Origin: Selaginella moellendorffii
Taxonomy: Eukaryota; Plantae; Lycopodiophyta
Length of the DNA stretch: 64,000 nt
Reading direction: 5' to 3'
NCBI RefSeq assembly: GCF_000143415.4
Contig: NW_003314265.1
Span: 200,405 to 264,404, forward strand
A program made the position numbers and the translations under genes. A model generated the notes under the pieces. It saw only the letters and a program-made list of their open reading frames with translations, was not told where the DNA came from and made no database searches. Shown here one piece after another: positions 60,373-64,000 of the stretch. Each line of letters begins with the position of its first letter. Positions within the stretch are counted from its first letter, which is position 1.

Positions 60373-61533
60373 GGCCTTGAGGAGATTCCCCTGCTAGCGG
60401 CTCGCAGCTGGCCAGATTAGTCCCAGCCTGAAGACCCACATCAAGGAATGCTACCAGATCACATTCCTTCCAGCCGCCCTAAGATGCTCGTCCGACCGGA
60501 AAACGGACCTTCAAATGAAGCGGCGATAAGTCCTCCCCCCCGTACAACCAAAGTACGCGTACGGAAACGCCGTGAGGACTTGCTCGATCTCTGCAACTGG
60601 CAGGATTAGCTCCAGCCAAATCGCAGTTGGGAACAAAAACGAGAAAAAATCAAACCTTGGAAGAACTCTGTCATCGTTTTGGTTCGTGAGTCGTGTTTGA
60701 AGGAAACGTGACGTTGGAAGGCCCTGCATCATGCTTGCTTGAATTGGAGAAATGTGAGATGGAAGAAACGCCTCTGTCGCATCGATCTACCCCAGCAAAT
60801 CGGGGAATTAAAAGCATACTGTTTGTTGGTGCTCAAAGATGCGCCAGTGTCAGAGCACCTGTGGAGGATTTGTGATGTCAAGTGAGGATTTAAGCAGCTT
60901 TAACTTGGATATAAACTTCTCTGGTTGCTTGCGACATTTTTGAGAGATCCTGTGCAATTAACACGATTCCCCATAGAAAAAAACACTTGTTTTTTTTTTT
61001 CTTGTCTTTCTTGTCTTTTTCTTTCTAGAGAAGAGAATTACCCGGTTGGACACTGCCGAAAGTAAATTGTGGTAAGAGAGTTTTTTCTGGGGGACCTTTC
61101 TTTGAAGCATAAAATTGTCTCAGAAAATGTCAGCAAAATTGTCTCAGAAAATGTCAGCAGAATTGTCTATCTCACGGTTCTCACCGCCATCCCTAAAAAA
61201 CAAAAACCTGGATTACAGCTGCCAGAGAAGGAAATTCCCCAATTCCTGAGGTAGACATCAACAGATTGCTGAATGTAGGGCTTTTGCGAGAAAGAAATTC
61301 ACTTCAAGAACCCTAAAAAGAAAACCCCAATTTTGTTTGGATTTTTGGCGCCAATCCAGATCAATAGTGAGCAGCCATGTGTTGCCCTGTAGTCCGTCGA
61401 TCAGAGATCGTCCTGTCTAGGTTTTGCTCTCTTGGATCATCATCACGACTACTCTGGAGTCCCGGAGACGTCAAATGTAGGCTCCCCTGCACGGTAAGGA
61501 ACCCTAGGGATCTAGTTCTCCTCGCATTCTCGT

Positions 61534-64000
61534 ATGGCGTGGCTCCTAGCGATCTTCTCCCTCGCCATCGCTACGAGGTAATCTCTGCTTGCATCCATCG
61601 CTGGGTTGGGTTACTATCGATCATTGACAGGCTGCTACCAGCTTCTACAGCTGGTCTAGCGCTCACGCCTCCCCGGGGATGGAATTCTTACGATTCCTTC
61701 TCCTGGATTGTCTCGGAGGAGGAGTTCTTGCAGAATGCGAAGATCCTCGCGAATACTCTCGCTCCCTTCGGCTATGAAGTACTCTTTTACTTCCATGCCA
61801 TCGGAACTAAACAGGAGAAGTTTGTGTGTTTCGCAGTACGTCGTCATCGATTTTCTCTGGTATCGTAAACAGGAGGAGGGAGCTTCAGTCCAATCTTCTG
61901 GCCATGATCTCATCGATGAGTGGGGACGACCAGTTCCAGATCCCAAGCGCTGGCCTTCCACGGCAGGCGGTAAAGGCTTCGCTCCAATTGCTGACAAAGT
62001 ACACGCCATGGGACTCAAGTTTGGAATCCACGTTATGAGAGGGATTACTACGGTTGCTGTGGCGAACAACACACCGATTCTCGGTGCCAAGGTACGTAAT
62101 CTTTTTTATCGTTCTTTTCTTTGAAGGGGGTATTGGATCGTGGTTAATGCAGGGATGGAGAGCGAAAGATATTGCTCTCACAAGCCAGCCATGTCCGTGG
62201 ATGCGAGAGTGCTTTGTTAGCATCAACACGACCAGTGCTGGTGGAAAAGCATTTCTAAAATCACTTTATGATCAATATGCTTCCTGGGGAGTCGATTTCG
62301 GTATGGCTTTTCCAAAGTCTTTGCTTGTGTATTCACTTTGCCTTGTCAGTGAAACATGACTGTGTTTTCGGAGCTGACAACATCGATCTAGAGGAGATTC
62401 AAGCCGTGTCAGAGGTAAGTGTCTTGCATTTGTTGGATCCACGGATGGAAGGTTATGGATCTTTCATAGGCCATCACAAACACTGGACGACCAATCGTAT
62501 ACTCTTTGTCTCCTGGAGTGCAAGCCACTCCCAGCTTGGCTTCATCAGTAAGCGGTATCGTTAACATGTACCGGATCACTGGCGACGACTGGGACAGATG
62601 GGGTGATGTAGCTGCTCATTTTGACGTTGCAAAGTACAAACTTCTAAGCTCTCTCTAGTTATTTCACAACGTGTCGTGGTTAATGCTCTAGGAGTTTTGC
62701 CGCTGCTGGTTTGATTGGAGCACCCGGCTTGGGAGGGGGGAAGTCTTGGCCTGACTTGGACATGCTTCCGTTAGGCTGGCTCACTGATGGAGGTAAAGAG
62801 TTGAGCATATAGTTAGTTTCAAAGTTCTTCAATTTTTTTTTTTCTCAGGTGCACCTTATGGGCCATATCGTTCTTGTAGGCTATCTTTCGATGAGCAAAA
62901 AACACAAGTAACTCGTACATTGAGTTCCTTGTTACTTATGAAGCTCCTCCTTTTCTTGCTGTCAGCTTACGCTCTGGGCAATGGCAAAATCTCCCTTGAT
63001 GTATGGTGGTGACCTGCGAAATATCGACCAAGCTACTTATGCCATGATCACAAACCCGACTATTCTAGAAATAAACACCCACAGTACTGAGAATACAGAG
63101 GTAAGCTTCTGTAAATATGTGCCACCGACCGTTGCATTATTGATTTCCATAGTATTACGCTGGAACACTACCGGGCACTGAGGATGTCCCACTGCTAACT
63201 TTGGTTAGCTGCGATGAATCGAGCAGTAAGACACACTGGACGTTGGAAAAGAAACAAAACGCAAGAATTTGCTGGAATGCTTCAAGAACAACATCATCTC
63301 GATCATCGGTGCTCTCGGGGTGTTTCAACTGGACCTCCTTAAGTGATTCATCACTCTCGTAAGCATGGATGAATACGCAATGGTTTCGTCTAACTTTGGC
63401 TCTTAGTGACACTGAATCCAAAGGTGCTATTCGGCTGTGGACCTCCGACTTTGGTGAGCTTTGCATGGACTCGCAGCCAAACCTTCCATCTAGCATTGGA
63501 ATGTTTGCAAGCAAGCGTTTCTCGTTTTGCTCCATGGAGAATAGTCAGGTAAGTCGAGGCTTTGCTCTCTTGCATGTGAGCGTAGATTCACAAGCTCTTG
63601 TAGGCTTGGCAACTGTTGCCAAATGGCAAACTATTGAGCCCAAGCACTGGGTTTTGTGCGGAGGTTAAGGAAGTGGCACCAATTCGTATATGGCTCGCGC
63701 GCGGCTTGAAAGGTACTTGAATACTTCTCGTGGTGGTGTTAATTAGTTGAGACGTCTCTTCAGGCCAGTACTACGTTGCATTTTTTAATCTCGGCCAAAA
63801 CTCCACGACTGTGACTTATAGCTTGGCGGGCCTCCAACAACGTCAACCCGGATTAAAGCTCGCAACGACGAGAGCTCGAGGAGCACAAGATCCGGAGGCA
63901 CCAAAAACCCAACCAGGCCTGGACGCGGACGACTCTAGCACCCAATGCACTGGGGAGGAAGTTTGGAGCAGGACCGAGCTAGACAAAGTGGAGAGTTTGT
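61534..64000 (+). CDS. GH27 alpha-galactosidase/beta-L-arabinopyranosidase-like (melibiase family), 3' truncated by the window
   Basis: Signal peptide MAWLLAIFSLAIA; TPPRGWNSYDSF, YVVIDFLWY, WGVDF|VKHDC, MYRITGDDWD and WPDLDMLPLG. Confidence 0.92.

Noticed and set aside
61121-61170. 24-bp tandem duplication aaaattgtctcagaaaatgtcagc
   Set aside because: Simple local slippage duplication with no further structure.

Overview
Eukaryotic land-plant genomic DNA. The very compact gene spacing, 50-100 nt GT-AG introns and GC-rich exons suggest a lycophyte such as Selaginella, but this is an inference. Positions 1-27.8 kb are dominated by nested, decayed Ty3/gypsy LTR retrotransposons: a short-LTR family with a tRNA-Ala-like primer site, repeatedly invaded by a Met-primed family whose LTRs carry 6/12-bp tandem arrays. 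A three-gene island lies among them (group IId WRKY, MA3/PDCD4-like protein, unknown protein). Positions 27.9-64 kb are gene-dense: a paralog of the unknown protein, an intronless VapC-like PIN-domain ORF, SEP2, M1 aminopeptidase (LTA4H-like), pescadillo, GT31 galactosyltransferase, SYP81, two P-class PPRs, SUV3 helicase, pseudogenes, a CYP72-clan P450 with an aberrant I-helix, FAX/TMEM14, PLAC8, G-protein beta and a GH27 hydrolase cut by the window end. The most striking unexplained element is the stand-alone PIN ribonuclease-like ORF (28531-29415), which has a complete VapC-type acidic tetrad and lies 87 bp behind a small duplicated gene. All calls come from reading motifs by eye; no database search was run.
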